Origin: Lama glama
Lineage: Eukaryota
Reading direction: 5' to 3'
Length of the DNA: 64,000 bases
Assembly: GCA_028534125.1 (NCBI GenBank)
Contig: CM052817.1
Coordinates: forward strand, 78,680,001-78,744,000
The translations under genes and the position numbers were made by a program. Every line of letters begins with the position of its first letter. The first letter of the stretch is position 1. This document shows, one piece after another, positions 62,186-64,000 of the stretch. A model generated the notes under the pieces. That model made no database searches. It had not been told where the DNA came from and saw only the letters and a program-made list of their open reading frames with translations.

Positions 62186-62514
62186 CATTACTATTTTACA
62201 GGCAGGAATATTTTATTTTTTGCACATTTCATAAATTCTAGCTTTATCATGTTCTTGAAAATTTAGAATATGGCTATTAGTAACGTTATGGGTATGTATT
62301 TGCTTTCAAGATGATAAGTTAGTTTGGTCCAAAGATATAGCCTATTTTATGGACCAGACTTGATCATAACTAGAGCTAACTATCTTGCAAATTTGGCATA
62401 TAGAAGTGATTCAGCAAATGTATATTGGATGGATAAATAAATGGATAGGGTACAAATGTGCATGTCTTTATCTACTCTGGAAAAAGGAATTCAGCTAACA
62501 TCATAGTAAGAAGG

Positions 62515-62812
62515 CTAGGTTTGCCTGAGAGGGAAAGGAGCAAACCAGGATGGCATAGTGTAACCTGGGGCAGCTCTGCCCCTTGAGCACACTATCTGTG
62601 CACTCACGGAGAGGACAGTGTTCAGTCCCCCTGGTCTCCTGTTCAGAGCCAGGGGTGGGAAGAGGGCCTTGCTTTTAGCAGCTGGTACTGTACTGACTCC
62701 TCTTTTTTCCTGTACTCTGTTCACTTCTTTGTAAATGTTAAATTTTGTTAATCTCACCTAAAATTACTCCGTTTGAATGTGCCATCTGTCTCCAAACTCT
62801 GAATGATAAGCA
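62515..62812 (+). mobile_element. ERVL LTR16-like remnant
   Basis: Ends gttaatctcacctaaaattactccgtttgaatgtgccatctgtctcc...tgaatgata. Confidence 0.5.
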
Positions 62813-64000
62813 TAGCCTCAAGGTTTGCCATACAAACATACTTTAGAAAATATTTTTGAAGGAAGCTTTGGGAAGACTCTTATTAAATATGTGGAACCAG
62901 GATGAGTAAATTATCTATTTTTAATTCCAGCAATCTATTTTGTAATTTCCCATAGTTTTATTAATCCCATTGTTAGTTTCCAGAACATGTTTTATTAATG
63001 GCTTTATAAAAGCAATATCTTCTTAAATCTTTATGAGAATACTAATTAAATTTATTTCTAAGTTCTCTTTTGCTACCTTGAATTATTTGGTTACTCTGGA
63101 GTTAGTTTGCTTAACAAAGGCTACACTTGGAGGTTATGCAAGTTTTGTAAAAGCAATTAAAATGAGCTTGGTCAGTGAAGGCAGGGTACCGTTCATTATT
63201 TATAAAGATAGTTACAGTAATAGATCTGACTGATAACTACCTGAGGTTTCAATATGATGCTCATAGTCAACGGCTAGTTTTCATTTCCAAGAAATTAATG
63301 GAAAATTCTCATCCACTGTGACTATCCTCTCTTTTTCTTCATTGTTGTGAATTCATACATTTTGTTTCCTTTTATTATCATTCTGGTAGGATCTCGGGAG
63401 GGAAAATAAATGATGTTACATAATCTATTATCCTAAATGAAAAATTATTCCTTGATTATTTTTAAACCACTCAGCCTGGTGTTTAGACAGAAATTATCGC
63501 ACTGAAATGCCTACTCCTTACAGAGAAGAGATATAATTGTAGGTTTCTTAGATGCTTTTCTTCCTTGAAATCCCCCATTTTTAAATTGCCTTTGCCAATT
63601 CATTAAAAATTAATTTTAAAAATAGTTTCTTTATGTATATTTCTAACACAGTTTGGTAAACATAGCAGTAGCCAAGGAAACTGGCAGAGTGACCAGAAAC
63701 CAGAAGAGTCAGAACAGTAGTTCATTTCCTCATGTCTTCTCCCAATTTCATTTCAAATGGAGCATTTTGATGTTTTTTTTAAAATCTCATCTCTTTCTGA
63801 TTTTTTTCTTTTATAGAGAAATCATCATCTCAGTTCTGGAAAACAAAATTTGGGGGAAGCAAGAGGAAAAGGAACTTGAGATCTAAGCCAGTAAAGCTAT
63901 GTATGTTTTTAAAACTTATAGATTCAACTGATTTTTATGATTTTCTTTCGCCTAGTCTCTCATTTGCCAGCTAACTCTCTCAGCCTCAGCCTTACCTGAT

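Noticed and set aside
1..64000. Numt, processed pseudogene, provirus internal genes or non-retroviral endogenous viral element
   Set aside because: None recognised by eye in the sequence or ORF track; highly diverged copies cannot be excluded without BLASTX/TBLASTN.

Overview
This 64 kb window is AT-rich, repeat-dense mammalian DNA, most likely camelid, based on three tRNA(Ala)-derived Vic-1-type SINEs and cetartiodactyl-type L1 3' ends. I find no recognisable protein-coding exon, functional tRNA/rRNA gene or CRISPR array. The listed ORFs look like chance ORFs or decayed L1/LTR sequence, so the window looks intergenic or deep-intronic. Much of it is old transposon debris (L2, MIR, L1M, MaLR/ERVL/ERV1 LTRs, hAT DNA elements), often nested, with a 500-N scaffold gap at 30424-30923. 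The non-repeat signals worth checking are regulatory: a palindromic CTCF-like site (~12020), a second CTCF-like site (~52790), a CpG-retaining promoter-like patch with a perfect Pol III B-box (~41920-42430), and several repeat-free enhancer-like blocks. There are also small local duplications and fold-backs. I see no convincing novel biological system. Repeat family names come from my recollection of consensus sequences and boundaries are approximate; RepeatMasker/Dfam should confirm them.
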